Assembly: GCF_009914755.1 (NCBI RefSeq)
Contig: NC_060925.1
DNA: 64,000 bases
Strand: one strand, 5' to 3'
Source: the human T2T-CHM13v2.0 reference genome, Homo sapiens
The notes under the pieces were generated by a model that did not search any database, was not told the DNA's origin, and worked only from the letters and a program-made list of their open reading frames with translations. A program made the position numbers and the translations under genes. Below are positions 30,805 through 45,354 of the stretch, piece after piece; position 1 is the stretch's first letter, and every line of letters starts with the position of its first letter.

Positions 30805-31285
30805 AAAAAAATACCTGCACTCATATGTTTATTGCAGAACTGTTCGAAATACCAAAGTTATTGAATCAACCTAAGTGTTCACCAACAGTAGGTTAGATAA
30901 AGAAAATGTGGTACATACACAACCATGGAATACTAAGCCGCTGTTAAAAAGAATGAAATCATGTCCATAGCAGCAACGTGGGTGAAGCTGGAGGCCATTA
31001 TCCAAAGTGAATCAGCACAGAAACCGAAAATCAAGCACCACATTTTCTCACTTACAAGTGGGAGCTAAACCAAGGGAATATGTAGACATAAAGATGAAAA
31101 CAATAGACATTCATGACTCTAAGAAAGGAGAGGAAAGGATGGGGATACAAGGGTTGACAAACAACATATTAGGTACTATGTTCACTATATTTGGGTGATG
31201 GGTTCCATAAAAGTCCAAACCCCAGCATTATGCAATATACTCACATAACAAACCTGCACATGTATCCCTGAATCTGTAATTGTAT
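30805..31285 (+). mobile_element. 5'-truncated L1PB-like 3' end
   Basis: atacctgcactcatatgtttattgcag...aaacctgcacatgtatccctgaatct. Confidence 0.85.
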
Positions 31286-32169
31286 AAAACCTGCTCTTAC
31301 AGTAATAAAAATTATTTTAATTAAAAATAGTTACTTTGAAATGGAAGTGCATGGGTCCTTCTCACAGAGCCTATTTTTTAGTACTCAGAATACATAACTA
31401 GTAGGTAGAATCTTCAGGAATCAAACCCAAAGGTTACGCATTTTTAAGTACGACCTTTACTTCTATTCACTCTTTGGGCTTCAGGTGCCAGGGATGAGTC
31501 CCTGCACTCATTTAACATTTGAGTTGCTCTAGCATTCTTGTCACTGTCAGCAGCTTTCCCTCACCCCCTGTGTTGGGCTCATCAATGTGAAAGTCTGGGC
31601 TTCTGCCTTAGTTGCTTTGCCCAGGGCTCCATTCCCCTTTCCTGAGCCCACCTGCTTGGCTTTGGCCTGAGGTCCTACCTTGCTTCTGCCAACCCTGAAG
31701 ACTGAATCCCACTCTTAGAGCTCCAAATCTCTGACTTGACTATGTCTGTGAGTAGAGAGAAGGCTCAGTGCCATGATGCTGCCATTTATCTGAATTTCCA
31801 GCATCTTCTCATGGCAAGGACTGCCACTGCTGTGCCCTGCTTGCCAAATTGGATTCTTTTTGATTGCTGTTGTCTGTCCAAACTATGCCTGATCTTGGCA
31901 TGCCTATTATACTGCAATAGACAAGGCAACTGCTCTTGTAAGGTGAGCCTCTGAAGCTGGCTTCATTTCCTACTCTGTCCTGGCTTCCACCCTCATTCTA
32001 CTCACTGGCTTTTGCTATAGAGCCCTGAAGTCCGGAAGCCCAAGACAGAGCTGATGCCAAGTCTGCATCATTTGAGAAAGAGGCTGGTTATAAACTCACT
32101 ACTTAGGGCAAGAAATGGAACCAGGGTAAGAGGACAACCATGTCCAGAGGCTTATTATTTCCTTCCTTT

Positions 32170-32630
32170 AATTTATTCACTCATTTAACAAACATTTACT
32201 GAACTCTAACTGGATATCAAATTCTATGCTGGGCACTGGAACTACATAGGTGAACAAGAGAATCTCTGTCCTCATGGAGTTTTTTATAATGCATCAGGAT
32301 GATAGATCTTAAGCAAATCAGCATACCAATCATTATTTGCTTGCAAATGTGACATGATAGATGCTGTGAAGAATAAATACAAGGTGTGAAGACAGCATTT
32401 AATCTGGAATTTAAAGGATGAGTAAGAGTTTGTATGATGGTTGGCAGCCTCAGCAAAAGGCAAGCATGGCCAGAGATCCTATGATGGGAAGGAGCTTGGC
32501 ATCTATGAGGAACTGAAACAAGGCCAACATGTAGCTGGAGGACACTGGGCGAGGGGCTGGGTGGTGTGAGCTGGGGCTAGAGAAGTGGGATGGGAAGGAG
32601 AATGAACACATTTGACTGTCATATAGAAGG
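32170..32630 (-). mobile_element. L2 3' fragment
   Basis: attcactcatttaacaaacatttactga...ctgtcctcatggag. Confidence 0.75.
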
Positions 32631-32718
32631 CCCCAGCTGCTCCCCATCTAGATGCCCTTGTAAACATATATACTGCAGCACGGAGGTTTGAGATGGACCT
32701 GAGGCTGCTGAGTATCAC

Positions 32719-32797
32719 CTGTAACCTTCTGTGTTCTCAAAAAAAATTTGCTGCTGAGTCCAAAAAGTAACAGTATTCTGGGCATCATGGTTGGGCA
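32719..32797 (-). other. Candidate exon (79 nt)
   Basis: Acceptor ttttgttttgtttccAG, donor CAG|GTGATA; open frame PNHDAQNTVTFWTQQQIFFENTEGYR. Confidence 0.45.
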
Positions 32798-33324
32798 CTG
32801 GAAACAAAACAAAACTCATTATCCTGTGCATCAGTATCCTGTTTTGCAATTCTAGCAGACAAAATTTCAAGAAAAATGTAGTGGAGTTAGAGACGGCCCA
32901 GAGAAAGGCAACAGAGAAAGGGCTAAAAAATGTGATCCACACATGAAGCACCTCACCAAGAGTGAAGAAAGTTGATAGTTAAGATGACCAAAGTCTACAA
33001 AATCATAAAGCTATAGAATGGTTACAGGGGAGAGAAAGTTGAACACAACATTTTGATAGTTAGAAATAGTATGTGTGTGTTTTGAAATGTATAAGATTTG
33101 AAAACTCATAGCCTGAAAAAAACACATTTTGGACAAATGAGATAATGTTCTGTTTTCTGTATAGTCACAGGGGAGTCCAAGAGGCCTGGCCCAGTACTGC
33201 CTCTCACTCACTATGGCTTTGGGGTAAAGAAGGATCCTGAGTTTGTCTCCTTCTCTGTAAAATGGGATGGAGCTTTTTCACGGGGTTTTTTAAGAAACAG
33301 ATGACATTTGAAATGTTCACTACA

Positions 33325-36300
33325 AGAGGTGGCTGGCAAGATGGCCAAATAGAAACAGCTCTGGTCTGTGGCTTCCAGCAAGATCAACGCAGAAGGCAGG
33401 TGATTTCTGCATTTTGAACTGAGGTACCCTGCTCATCTCATAGGGACTGGTTAGACAATGGGTGTAGCCCACAGAGGATGAGCTGAAGTAGGGTGAGGCA
33501 TCACCTCACCTGTGAAGCACAAGGGGTTAGGGAACTCCCTCCCCTAGCTGAGAGAAGCCATGAGGGACTGTCCCAAGAGGAACGGTGCATTCTGGCCCAG
33601 ATACTACACTTTTCCCATGGTCTTCACAACCCACAGATTAGGAGGTTCCCTCAGGTGCCTACACCACCACACCACCAGGGCCCTGGGTTCCAAGCAGAAA
33701 ACTAGGCGCTGTTTGGGCAGACACTCAGCTCAGCTGCAGGAGTTTTTTTCATACCCCAGTGGTGCCTGGAATGCCAGTGAGACAGAACCATTTACTCCCC
33801 TGGAAAGGGTGCTGAAGCCAGGGAGCCAAGTGGTCTAGCTCAGTGGATCCCACACACATTAAGACCAGCAAGCTAAGATCCACTAGCTCGAAATTCTCGC
33901 TGACAGCACAGCAGTCTGAAGTCAACCTGGGACACTTGAGGTTGATGGGGGGAGGGACGTCCACCATTACTGAGGGCTCAGAAGAAGGTTTTCCCCTCAC
34001 AGTGTAAACAAAGCTGTTGAGAAGTTCGAACTGGGTGGAGCCCACCACAGCACTGCAAAGACACTGTAGCCAGACTGCCTCTCTAGATTCCAACTCTCTG
34101 GGCAGGGCATCTCTGAAAGAAAGGCAGCAGCCCCAGTCAGGGGCTTATAGATAAAATGCCCATCTCCCTGGGACAGAGCACCTGGGAGAAGAGGCAGCTG
34201 CGGGCGCAGCTTCAGCAGACTTAAATGTTCCTGCCTGCTGGCTCTGAAGAGAGCAGCAAATCTCCCAGCACAGGGCTCGATCTCTGCTAAGGGACAGACT
34301 GCCTCCTCAAGTGGGCCCCTGACCCCTGTGCCTCCTGACTGGGAGATACCTCCCAGCAGGGGTCGACAGACACCTAATAGAAGAGAGCTCTGGCTGGCAT
34401 CTGGCTGGTGCCCCTCTGGGACGAAGCTTCCAGAGGAAGAAACAGGCAGCAATCTTTGCTATTCTGCAGCCTCCTCTGGTGATACCCAGGAAAACAGGGT
34501 CTGGAGTGGACCTCCAGCAAACTCCAGCAGACCTGCAGCAGAGGAGCTTCACTGTTAGAAGGAAAACTAACAAACAGAAAAGAATAGCATTAACATCAAC
34601 AAAAAGGATGCCCACACAAAAACCCATCTGAAGGTCGCCAACATCAAAGACCAAAGATACATAAATCCACAAAGATGAGGAAAAACCAGCACAAAACGGC
34701 TGAAAATTACAAATACCACAATGCCTCTTCTCCTCCACAGGATCACAACTCCTCACCAGCAAGGGAACAAAACTGGACAGAGAATGAGTTTGACAAATTG
34801 ACAGAAGTAGGCTTCAGAAGGTGGGTAATAACAAACTCCTCCGAGCTAAAGCAGCATGTTCTAACCCAATGCAAGGGAACTAAGAACCTTGCAAAAAAGT
34901 TAGAGGAATTGCTAACTAGAATAACCGCTTTAGGGAAGAATATAAATGACATGATGGAGCTGCAAAACACAGCACAAGAACTTTGTGAAGCATACACAAG
35001 TATCAATAGCTGAACTGATCAAGCAGAAGAAAGGATATCAGAGACTGAAGATCAACTTAATGTAATGAAGCATGAAGACAAGATTAGAGACAAAAGAATG
35101 AAGAGGAATGAACAAAGCCTCCAAGAAATATGGGACTATGTGAAAAGACCAACCTACGTTTGATTGGTGTATCTGAAAGTGACCAGGAGAATGGAACCAC
35201 GTTGGAAAACACTTTTCAGGCTATTATCCAGGAGAAGTCCCCAACCTAGCAAGAAAGGCCAACATGCAAATTCAGGAAATACAGAGAACACCACAAAGAT
35301 ACTCCTCGAGGAGAGCAACCCAAAGACACATAATCATCAGATTCAACAAGGTTAAAATGAAGGAAAAAATGTTAGGGGCAGCCAGAGCAAAAGGTCAGGT
35401 TACCCACAAAGGTAAGCCCATCAGACTAACAGTGGATCTCTCTGCAGAAACCCTACAGCCAGAAGAGAGTGGGAACAAATATTCAACATTCTTAAAGAAA
35501 AGAATTTTCAACCCAGAATTTAATATCCAGCCAAACTTAGCTTCATAAGAAAAGGAGAAATAAAACCCTTTACAGACAAGCAAATGCTGAGAAGTTTTGT
35601 CACCACCAGGACTGCCTTACAAGAGTTCCTGAAGGAAGCACTAAATATGGAAAGGAAAAACCAGTACCAGCTACTGCAAAAACATACCAATTGTAAAGAC
35701 CATTGACATTATGAAGACACTACATCAACTAATGGGCAAAATAACTAGCTAGCATCAAAATGACAGGATCAAATTCACACATAACAATATTAACCTTCAA
35801 TGTAAATGAGTTAAATGCCCCAATTTAAAGACACAGACTGGCAAATTGGATAAAGAGTCAAGACCCATTAGTGTGCTATATTCAGGAGACCCATCTCACG
35901 TGCAAAGGCACACACAGGCTCAAAATAAAGGAATGGAGGAAGATTTATGAAGCAAATGGAAAGCAAAAAGAAGCAAGGGTTGCAATCCTACTCTCTGATA
36001 AAACAGACTTTCAACAAACAGAGAATAGAAGAGACAAAGAAGGGCATTACATACTGGTAAAGGGATCAATGCAACAAGAAGAGCTCACTATCCTAAATAT
36101 ATATGCACCCAATACAGGAGCACCCAGATTCATAAGATTCATAAAGCAAGTTCTTAGAGACCTACAAAGAGACTTAGACCCCCACACAATAATCTTGGGA
36201 GACTCTAACACCCCACTGTCAATATTAAACAGATCAATGAGACAGAAAATTAACAATGATATTCAGGACTTGAACTCAGCTCTGGACCAAGTGGACCTAA

Positions 36301-39300
36301 AATACATCTGTAGAACTCTCCACCCCAAATCAACAGAATATACATTCTTCACAGCACTACGTTGCACTTATTCTAAAATTGACCACATAATTGGAAGTAA
36401 ATCACTCCTCAGCAAATGCAAAAGAATGGAAATCATAACAAACCATCTCTCAGACCACAGTGCAATCAAAATAGAACTCAGGATTAAGAAACTCACTCAA
36501 AACCATACAACTACATGAAAACTGAACAACCTGCTCCTGAATGACTACTGGGTAAACAGCAAAATTAAGGCAGAAATAATGAAGTTCTTTGAAACCAATG
36601 AGAACAAAGAGAAAATGTACCCAAATCTGTGGGACACAGCTAAAGCAGTGTTTAGAGGGAAATTCATAGCACCAAGTGCCCACAGGAGAAAGAAGGAAAG
36701 ATCTAAAATCAGCACCCTAACATCACAATTAAACGAACTAGAGAAGCAAGAGCAAACAAATTCAAAAGCTAGCAGAAGACAAGAAATAACTAAGATCAGA
36801 GCAGAACTGAAGGCGATAGAGATAAAAAAAAAAAAAAAACCCTTTAAAAAATCAATGAATCCAGGAGCTGGTTTTTGAAAAGATCAACAAAATAGATAGA
36901 CCGCTAGCAAGACTAATAAAGAAAAAAAGAAAGAAGAATTAAATAGATGCAATAAAAAATGATAGAGGGGATATCACCACCGATTCCACAGAAATACAAA
37001 CTATTGTTAGAGAATACTGTAAACACCTCTACACAAATAAACTAGAAAATCCAGAAGAAATGGATAAATTCCTGGACACATACAACCTCCCAAGACTAAA
37101 CCAAGAAGAAGTTAAGTCCCTTAATAGACCAATAACAAGTTCGGAAGTTGAGGCAATAATTAATAGCCTACCAACCAAAAAAAGCCCAAGACCAGATAGA
37201 TTCACAGCCAAATTCTACCAGAGGTACAAAGAAGAGCTGGTACCATTCCTTCTGAAATTCTTCCAAACTATGGAAATAGAGGGAATCCTCTGTAACTCAT
37301 TTTATGAGACCAGCATCATCCTAATACCAAAACCTGGCAGTGACACAACAGAAAAAGAAAATTTCAGGCCAGTATCCTGATGAACATCGATGTGAAAATC
37401 CTCAATAAAATACTGGCAAACCAAATCCGGCAGCACATCAAAAAGCTTATCCACAACAATCAAGTCGGCTTTATCCCTGGGATGTAAGGCTGGTTCAACA
37501 TATGCAAATCAATAAACATAAACCATCACATAAATGGAACCAATGACAAAAAGCACACGATTATCTTAATAGATGCAGAAAAGGCCTTCAACAAAATTCA
37601 ACAGCCCTTCATGCTAAAAACTCTCAATAAACTAGGTATTGATGGAACGTATCTCAAAATAAGAGCTATTTACGACAAACCCACAGGCAATATCATACTG
37701 AATGGGCAAAAGCTGGAAGCATTCCCTTTGAAAACCAGCACAAGACAAGGATGCCCTCTCTTACCACTCCTATTCAACATAGTATTAGAAGTTCTGGCCA
37801 GGGCAATCAGGCAAGAGAAAGAAATAAAGGGTATTCAAATAGGAAGAGAAGAAGTCAAATTGTCTCTGCTTGTAGATGACATGATTGTATATTTAGAAAA
37901 CCCTATCGCCTCAGCCCAAAATCTCCTTAAGCTGATAAGCAACTTCAGGAAAGTCTCAGGATACAAAATCAATGTGCAAAAATAACAAGCATGCCTATAC
38001 ACCAATAACAGACAAACAGAGAGCCCAATCGTGAGTGAACTCCAATTCACAATTGCTGCTAAGAGAATAAAATACCTAGGAATCCAACTTACAAAGGATG
38101 TGAAGGACCTCTTCAAAGAGAACTACAAACCACTGCTCAAGGAAACAAGAGAGGACACAAACAAATGGAAGAACATTCCATGCTCATGGATAGGAAGAAT
38201 CAATATCATGAAAATGGCCATACTGCCCAAAGTAATTTATAGATTCAATGCCATCCCCATCAAGCTACCATTGACTTTCTTCACAGAATTAGAAAAAAAC
38301 TAACTCAAATTTCATATGGAACCAAAAAAGAGCCCATATAGCCAAGACAATCCTAAACAAAAAGAACAAAGCTGGAGGCATCACGCTACCTGACTTCAAA
38401 CTATACTACAAGGCTACAGTAACCAAAACAGCATGGTACTGGTACCAGAACAGATATATGGACCAATGGAACAGAACAGAGGTCTCAGAAATAATGCCAC
38501 ACATCTACAACCATCTGATCTTTGACAAACCTGACAAAAACAAGCAATGGGGAAAGGATTCCCTATTTAATAAATGATGTTGAGAAAACTGGCTAGCCAT
38601 ATGCAGAAAAGTGAAATTTGACCCCTTCTTTATACCTTATACGAAAATTAACTCAAGATGGATTAAAGTCTTAAATGTAATACCTAAGACCATAAAAATC
38701 CTAGAAGAAAACCTAGGCAATACCATTCAGGACATAGGCATGGGCAAAGGCTTCATGACTAAAACACCAAAAGCAATGCCAACAAAAGCCAAAATTGACA
38801 AATGAGATCTAATCAAACTAAAGAGTTTCTGCACAGCAAAAGAAACTATCATCAGCGTGAACACACAACCTACAGAATGGGAGAAAATTTTTGCAATCTA
38901 TCCATCTGACAAAGGGCTAATATCCAGAATCTACAAGAAACTTACACAAATTTAGAAGAAAAACAACAAATAACCCCATCAAAAAGTGGGTGAAGGATAT
39001 GAACAGACACTTCTCAGAAAAAGACATTTATGTGGCCTACAAACATATGAAAAAAAGCTCATTGTCGCTGGTCATTAGAGAAATGCAAATTAAAACCACA
39101 ATGAGATACCATTTCACACTGGATAGAATGGTGATCATTAAAAAGTCAGGAAACACAGATGCTAGAGAGGATGTGGAGAAATAAGAATGTTTTTACACTG
39201 TTGGTGGGAGTGTAAATTAGTTCAACCATTGTGGAAGACAGTGTGGTGATTCCTCAAGAATCTAGAATCAGAAATACCAATTTGACCCAGCAATCCTATT

Positions 39301-39806
39301 ACTGGGTATATACCCAAAGGATTACAACTCATTCTACTATAAAGACACATGCACACATATGTTTATTGCAGCACTATTCACAACAGCAAAGACTTGGAAC
39401 CAACCCAAATGCCCATCAATGATAGACTAGATAAAGAAAATGTGGCACATATATACCATGGAATGCAGCCATAAAAAAGAATGAGTTCATGTCTTTTGCA
39501 GGGACATGGATGAAGCTGGAAACCATCATTCTCAGCAAACTAACACAGGAACAGAAAACCAAACACCACATGTTCTCACTCATAAGTGGGAGTTGAACAG
39601 TGAGAACACATGGACACAGGGAGGGGAACATCACACACTGGGGCCTGTCGGGGGCTGGGGGGCTAGGGGAGGGATAGCATTAGGAGAAATACCTAATGTA
39701 GATGATGGGTTGATGGGTGCAGCAAACCACCATGGCACATGTATACCTATGTAACAAACCTGCACGTTTTGCACATGTATCCCAGAACTTAAAGTATAAT
39801 AATAAT
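33325..39806 (+). mobile_element. Full-length L1PA7-like element, both ORFs disabled
   Basis: ggtggctggcaagatggcc start; long-form 5'UTR; ORF1 stop at 35011, many ORF2 stops and frameshifts; 3' end gtagatgatgggttgatgggtgcagcaaaccaccatggcac; TSD aatgttcactaca (33312-24)/aatattcactaca (39807-19); splits a MIR. Confidence 0.92.
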
Positions 39807-39942
39807 AATATTCACTACACAGGTACTGTCACTTAATAGGTACTTGTTGAATGTTAATGCCTTTCCTTACAGACCAAAGAAGTTCTGAAAGATGGTGCTA
39901 TATGAAAATAAAATAGGGGGATGAAAATAAAAGGTGATTGAT

Positions 39943-40374
39943 CCAACTATGCATCCATAAGAAAGAATGAAATCACATCCTTTGCAGCAACATGGATGCA
40001 GCTGGAGGCCATTATCCTAAGTGAATAAACGCACAAAATACCACATCTTCGCTTATAAATGGACGCTTAACAATGAGTCCACATGGACATAAAGATGGGA
40101 ACAATAGACACTGGAGACTCTAAAAGATGGGGGCAAGGTTTGATAAATAACCTGTTGGGTCCTGTGCTCACTACAGGAAGTCCATGAGTCCTTCTCACAT
40201 AGCCTATTGTTTAGTACCCTGAATATATAACTGGGTATGTGTTTTCTGGGTGAGTACACCTACAGAATGTATTGGGTAATGAGTTCAATAGAGGCCTAAA
40301 GCCCAGAATTAGTCAATATATCCATGTAACAAACCTGCACGTGTACTCCTTGAATCTAATTTTTTTTAAAAAAG
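39943..40374 (+). mobile_element. 5'-truncated old L1PA/L1PB 3' end with an internal non-L1 insert
   Basis: Perfect 13-bp TSD aaaggtgattgat (39930-42, 40375-87); L1 3'UTR interrupted at ~40175-40271. Confidence 0.88.
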
Positions 40375-43300
40375 AAAGGTGATTGATTCAGAAGAGACAG
40401 GGTCTTGTTGTTTCTAGTGCTACCCTGTTAGAACAGAGTGAGTGTTCAAAAAGAGAGAAAGGCAACAGAGAAAGGGCCAGAAAATGGCCCTACAATACTT
40501 CAGTCCAGATAGCAAAGAGAATAATATTTAGAGAGTTTTGGTTGAATAAATGAAAATAATACAAATATATTTAATTGTTTATTATTTAAAATAATTTAGA
40601 ATAATTATTTTTAAAATTATTGATATTTCAGGAAATAGCCTGAACTATGAAGCAAACATTTGCACCTCAAAATATACCCAATGGTATCACTTCCCAAAAC
40701 ACAATGCTACTACAGATGGTCATTGATAATTATGTAGGGCAGGAGTCTCCCAATGCCTCTTTAAGAATCATGCCCAAGGCAGCTTCAGCCCAAGGTTGTT
40801 TCAGAACTTATTCTCTTGATTGTCTAGTAGCTTTTGCCACTTCAGTTAACATCCTACATGACATACATACATACATATATACTTGCAATACACACAAGCA
40901 TACATTTTCCAGGATTCCTCAGCTCACATTTTTCACCTGTTCCTACCTCTCAATGCTCTCAAAATTAACCTATTCTTATTCCAATAATTCAGATATAATG
41001 TGTCTTACTTTTAAATCCTCTTACCAGGTGTCTTTAATACTATAGTGTGAATTATAGAGAGTATATGTTATATATGTTACACATTTCAGAGTGAAATTGC
41101 CCATATTTGTATTAACTACATTTTAAAAGATGTCCCAAAGCAGAGAAATATAACGCACAAATTTCTTGCAGAAATTGTGGCATCAGATGACGGGTGGCAG
41201 GCAAAGGAGGTAAAGAAAAGGATAGACTTGGCCATAATTATGCCATTTCTGAATTATTCATGCAATTAATTACCTGCCATGCCTATTTATAAGGCAAGTC
41301 ATGGGTTCCAACATATACTATCGCATCTTTTCATTTGTGATAAAAAAAAAATAGAAGCCAATCTCTATGCCCAACAAAAGATTAAGGGTTCATTGAATGA
41401 AGAAGACCCATGTGGTATCAACTCAAGTGAAGTCATCTTAAATAAACCCATGTTTCTAGGAGATCATATCTTTTGTCTAGAATTAGAACTGTCTTTTGAA
41501 TAAAGAAAGGTCCAGCCTCTTTCCTTATCAGCCTTTATAATATGCCATAATGGTGTGTGGCAGGGGAGCTGAGAAAAGGAAAGGTAGAAATTGGGTGGAA
41601 GATAGAATCTAATGGCCACATACAAAGTCACAAGCTTCAAAACGGTTCTCAACAGTTGGTGACAAACTGGTATAACTGATTTTTTGCTTTGTTTTGGGGG
41701 AGGGAGTTTGTAGAAATCGTGCTTATTACACTTATTTACATTTTAAATGAAAATAGATTTGTATTGTTTTCATTCATTCACCCAAAATTTCTTGAGCAGC
41801 TGCTCTGTGCTAACGGTGTGACACTAAGGCCACAAAGAAATAGTGAGACCCTGTCTCTGCCCTTGAATAGTTTGCAGTCCAGTGAGAATGAGAATTTTGT
41901 CATATCTCTTGAGGTAGTGATAGTGCATGGGGTGTAATCATAGTAAGACATGGGGAAAAATTAAAACGTGATGATCAAAGTATAGTGTGGAAGTTACCAG
42001 CTTTGGGGATTCAAACTGGACTACTGGCATAATGATGTACTTATTTTTCAATGCTAGAAACATAGTCGATGTCCGAGTTTTATCTAGGTCCTTGGGACTA
42101 GAGAGCAGATTAGATAAAAAACAGTATTCATCATTCCCTACTCATTTCAATGTATCAATTTAAGCACATTTAGAGAGTTGAGAAGGAAGAAAGGGGTCTC
42201 AAGTCCAATGAGGCAGGAAAAGCTAAATATGCCCCATGAAGTAGGCTATGCAAATTTGTCTAGTGTCAATGTACTAGTCAATTCTCCAAACTTCAAGAGA
42301 TATCTGAAGGTTATGTAATCTTCACATATTTTCACCTGCCTTTGGAGAATGCATAATTACGTTTCCCCCTCTAAAGGTCAGAAGCAAAACAATATCAATA
42401 CTTCAGCCCAGATAGTATATAAAGAGAAAAAATAGTGTGCAAGTTGAAAGAGCATGAAGTACCAACTATTTGATATATTGGAGATAGGGAAAGGAATAAA
42501 CAGCCACAAAAGGGGAAATAGAGGGATTCTTTATTTCACAATTGTCAACCCATAACAGAGCCAAATCACCACGTACAGAGAGAACAAAACCATGATCCTC
42601 AATGAAAAATAAACTCTAGTATGCCTGGATCAGGGATTGGGGATAATGGTAATAGAGAGAAGGAGAGGAAAATATATATAGGGACAGATTGTTCTATATG
42701 CACAGATACACTTTTAATAGGACTTCTCTTTTCTGGAATCATTTTTTCATCTTTATCCTTAACAGCTGTCACAGCACAATGATATTTTGTTGTTGTTGTT
42801 TTGTCATGGAGGTTTAGAAAATGTGCCAAAATACCACTGTTAGTTCAGTGTAGCCCATATCCATAGATAACAATGTTCTCTGTTGAATGACAATTCGCTA
42901 TGATTTATAAATTTTGTAAGACCTTTCATCTTGAACTCCAAATGAGTTGAGAATGACAGTTTTCAGCCTACTTTTAGTATCTAATTAAACCAAGCAGATT
43001 TTATTCAGTAGAATTTGATGAGGAAAAAACAGGAAGAAAATATAGCACTTCACAATACTGTTCATGCAGAGACATAGTATTATTTTCTTAAATATAATAA
43101 CATTGTTATTTCTAATCATCTTTAAATGCAAGGACTATATCTTTTTTAATCTTTGTATCTCCAGCGTATAACACAGTGCCAGGCACATCTAAGTATTCAA
43201 AAATTTTGTTGTTGAATAAATAAAAGCATGGATTTCAGTGATTTGGTGGCGGGAGATAAGTTCCATCACAACATAGAACAAGGAGGAACAATTTGTGACC

Positions 43301-43545
43301 AAGTGCTTCTATAACTACATCCTGGGCCCATTTCAACCATTTTAATCATATCACTCTATGCATTGAGCCTAGATCGAACCTCAGAATCCTTCTCAATACA
43401 GCAGACCAGGAAGTTACACTTTATTAAATAAAATTTGCATTTGGAGTAAAATTTCTTTCCTATAACTACAATAGAGGTCTCCATCAGGCAGACCACGAAC
43501 AGGAGGTGTATTTCCAAAATTTCTTCTCTGGTATCAACATGCATA

Positions 43546-44237
43546 CAACAGTCCTCTCTCATCCACAGTTTTGCTTTCTGTAATTTCAGTTACCTGTCAT
43601 CAGCTGAGTTTAAAAAATATTAAACAGAAAGTTTCAGAAATAAACAAGTCATCCGTTTTAAATTGTATACTGTTCTGAGTAGTGTGATAAAACCTCACGC
43701 TGCCCTGTTCCTTCTTGCCCAGAAGGTGAATCATCCCTTTGTCCAGCATCTCCATGCTATCTATGCAACCCACTCATTAGTCATCATCATCATCTGCTCC
43801 TGACATCCAGCCATTGATACTGCCATGGCTCAATGATCCAGGATCACCCAAAGCAGATGATCTTCCCTCTGACATACCATCAGAAGGTCAATAGTAGCCT
43901 AATGCTACATCACAATACCAACATCCTTTGCCTCATTTTATGTAATCGTATAGCCATTTTATTATCTCACACCATCACAAGAAGAAGGGTGAGTATAGTA
44001 CAATATGGTATTTTGAGGAAGAGAGGCCATATTCACATAACTTTTATTATGCTATGTTATTACAATTGTCCTATTTATTAGCTATTTTTAATCTCTTACT
44101 GTGCCTAATTTATGAATTAAACTTTATCATAGGTGTATATAGAAAAAATAGAGTATATATAGGTTTTGGTACTTGCTATGATTTCAGGCATCCACTTGGG
44201 GTCTTGGAATATATCCCTCAAAGATAAATGACCCTTG
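43546..44237 (+). mobile_element. MER44 (Tigger7-derived)
   Basis: TA-flanked; ccacagttttgctttctgtaatttcagttacc...gttctgagtagtgtgataaa...ttggggtcttggaatatatccc. Confidence 0.85.
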
Positions 44238-45210
44238 TATATTCATAATTCAAATACTTAACATATCCATAAACAAGCATATTTTAGAGTTTGCTATTCT
44301 GTCTTCTTCTTCCTCTCTTACAAGTCACCATTTACATCTATAATTCTTGAGCCAACCACAGGACCAACATAAGAAACTTTTGCTAGTATCCTTGTTATAA
44401 ATAAAATTAATTTGTGAATTTGTAGTATTATATTATTTATAAGATTTGATACCAGTTTTTCTATTATCTGGGATCTCATATATTTATTTATGACTGTCTA
44501 GAATTTTACTGAATCACTAGTACTTCACAATGTGAGGTGCTCAATAAATATTTGCTAACAGGATTATAAAATTTTCAGGTTGTACAACTTCCTTTCTCTC
44601 TACCATAGACACTCTCTGCATGTCCTGAACTCCACAGAATAGCCCACAATAGATCTGTTATCCACAAATTTCACTCTAGCCAAGTCTTTGGGCTAATGTT
44701 ACCTAGGTCCAATGGCACAGTTTTAAGAAATCACTGATAATTCTGAGAATACTCTGTTCCTCTATGCCAAAAAGCCATATGGCTAGGGATAAATACAGTC
44801 CCAGGCAGTCCACATGAAGTGAAAGCTATATTCTCCCTAGCTTTCCACCACATGTGGCCAGTCTTGCTTTTCTTCCCTTGGCTGTTGTCTTACTGTATTC
44901 CTTATGTTCAATCCCTAATACTATCCATTTTGCATACGGACAATGGAGCCCAGCAATCAAAAGGGAACCGTAATTTTTTCACCATTTTTCTATCAGTTTT
45001 TTTTCTTCCAGAGCTAGATCTTGAGTCATTACTCTCTCACCCTGCTTGCATTTAACCTAAATTCACAGAGTTGCCAAAAACATCCTGTGCTCAAAATGTC
45101 CATGTTTTACCTAATTGTCCTTGATCTCCACTACTCCTTCCTAAATCATATTCTTCCCGACCACTGACTTGGTCAAGATCAAATTTGAATTGTTATAACA
45201 CCTTGGGCTT

Positions 45211-45230
45211 TATATATACACATATATACA

Positions 45231-45261
<31 letters not shown>

Positions 45262-45262
45262 C

Positions 45263-45307
<45 letters not shown>
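45211..45307. repeat. Compound (TA)/(TACA)n/(CA)n microsatellite
   Basis: Visible directly in the sequence. Confidence 0.95.
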
Positions 45308-45354
45308 CTTTTCCTCTTGTGAAGAGAGAGATGCACCAGCAAACCTTTCAAAGA

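Noticed and set aside
33325-39806. L1PA7 ORF fragments as genes
   Set aside because: Multiple stops and frameshifts; these are pieces of decayed ORF1/ORF2
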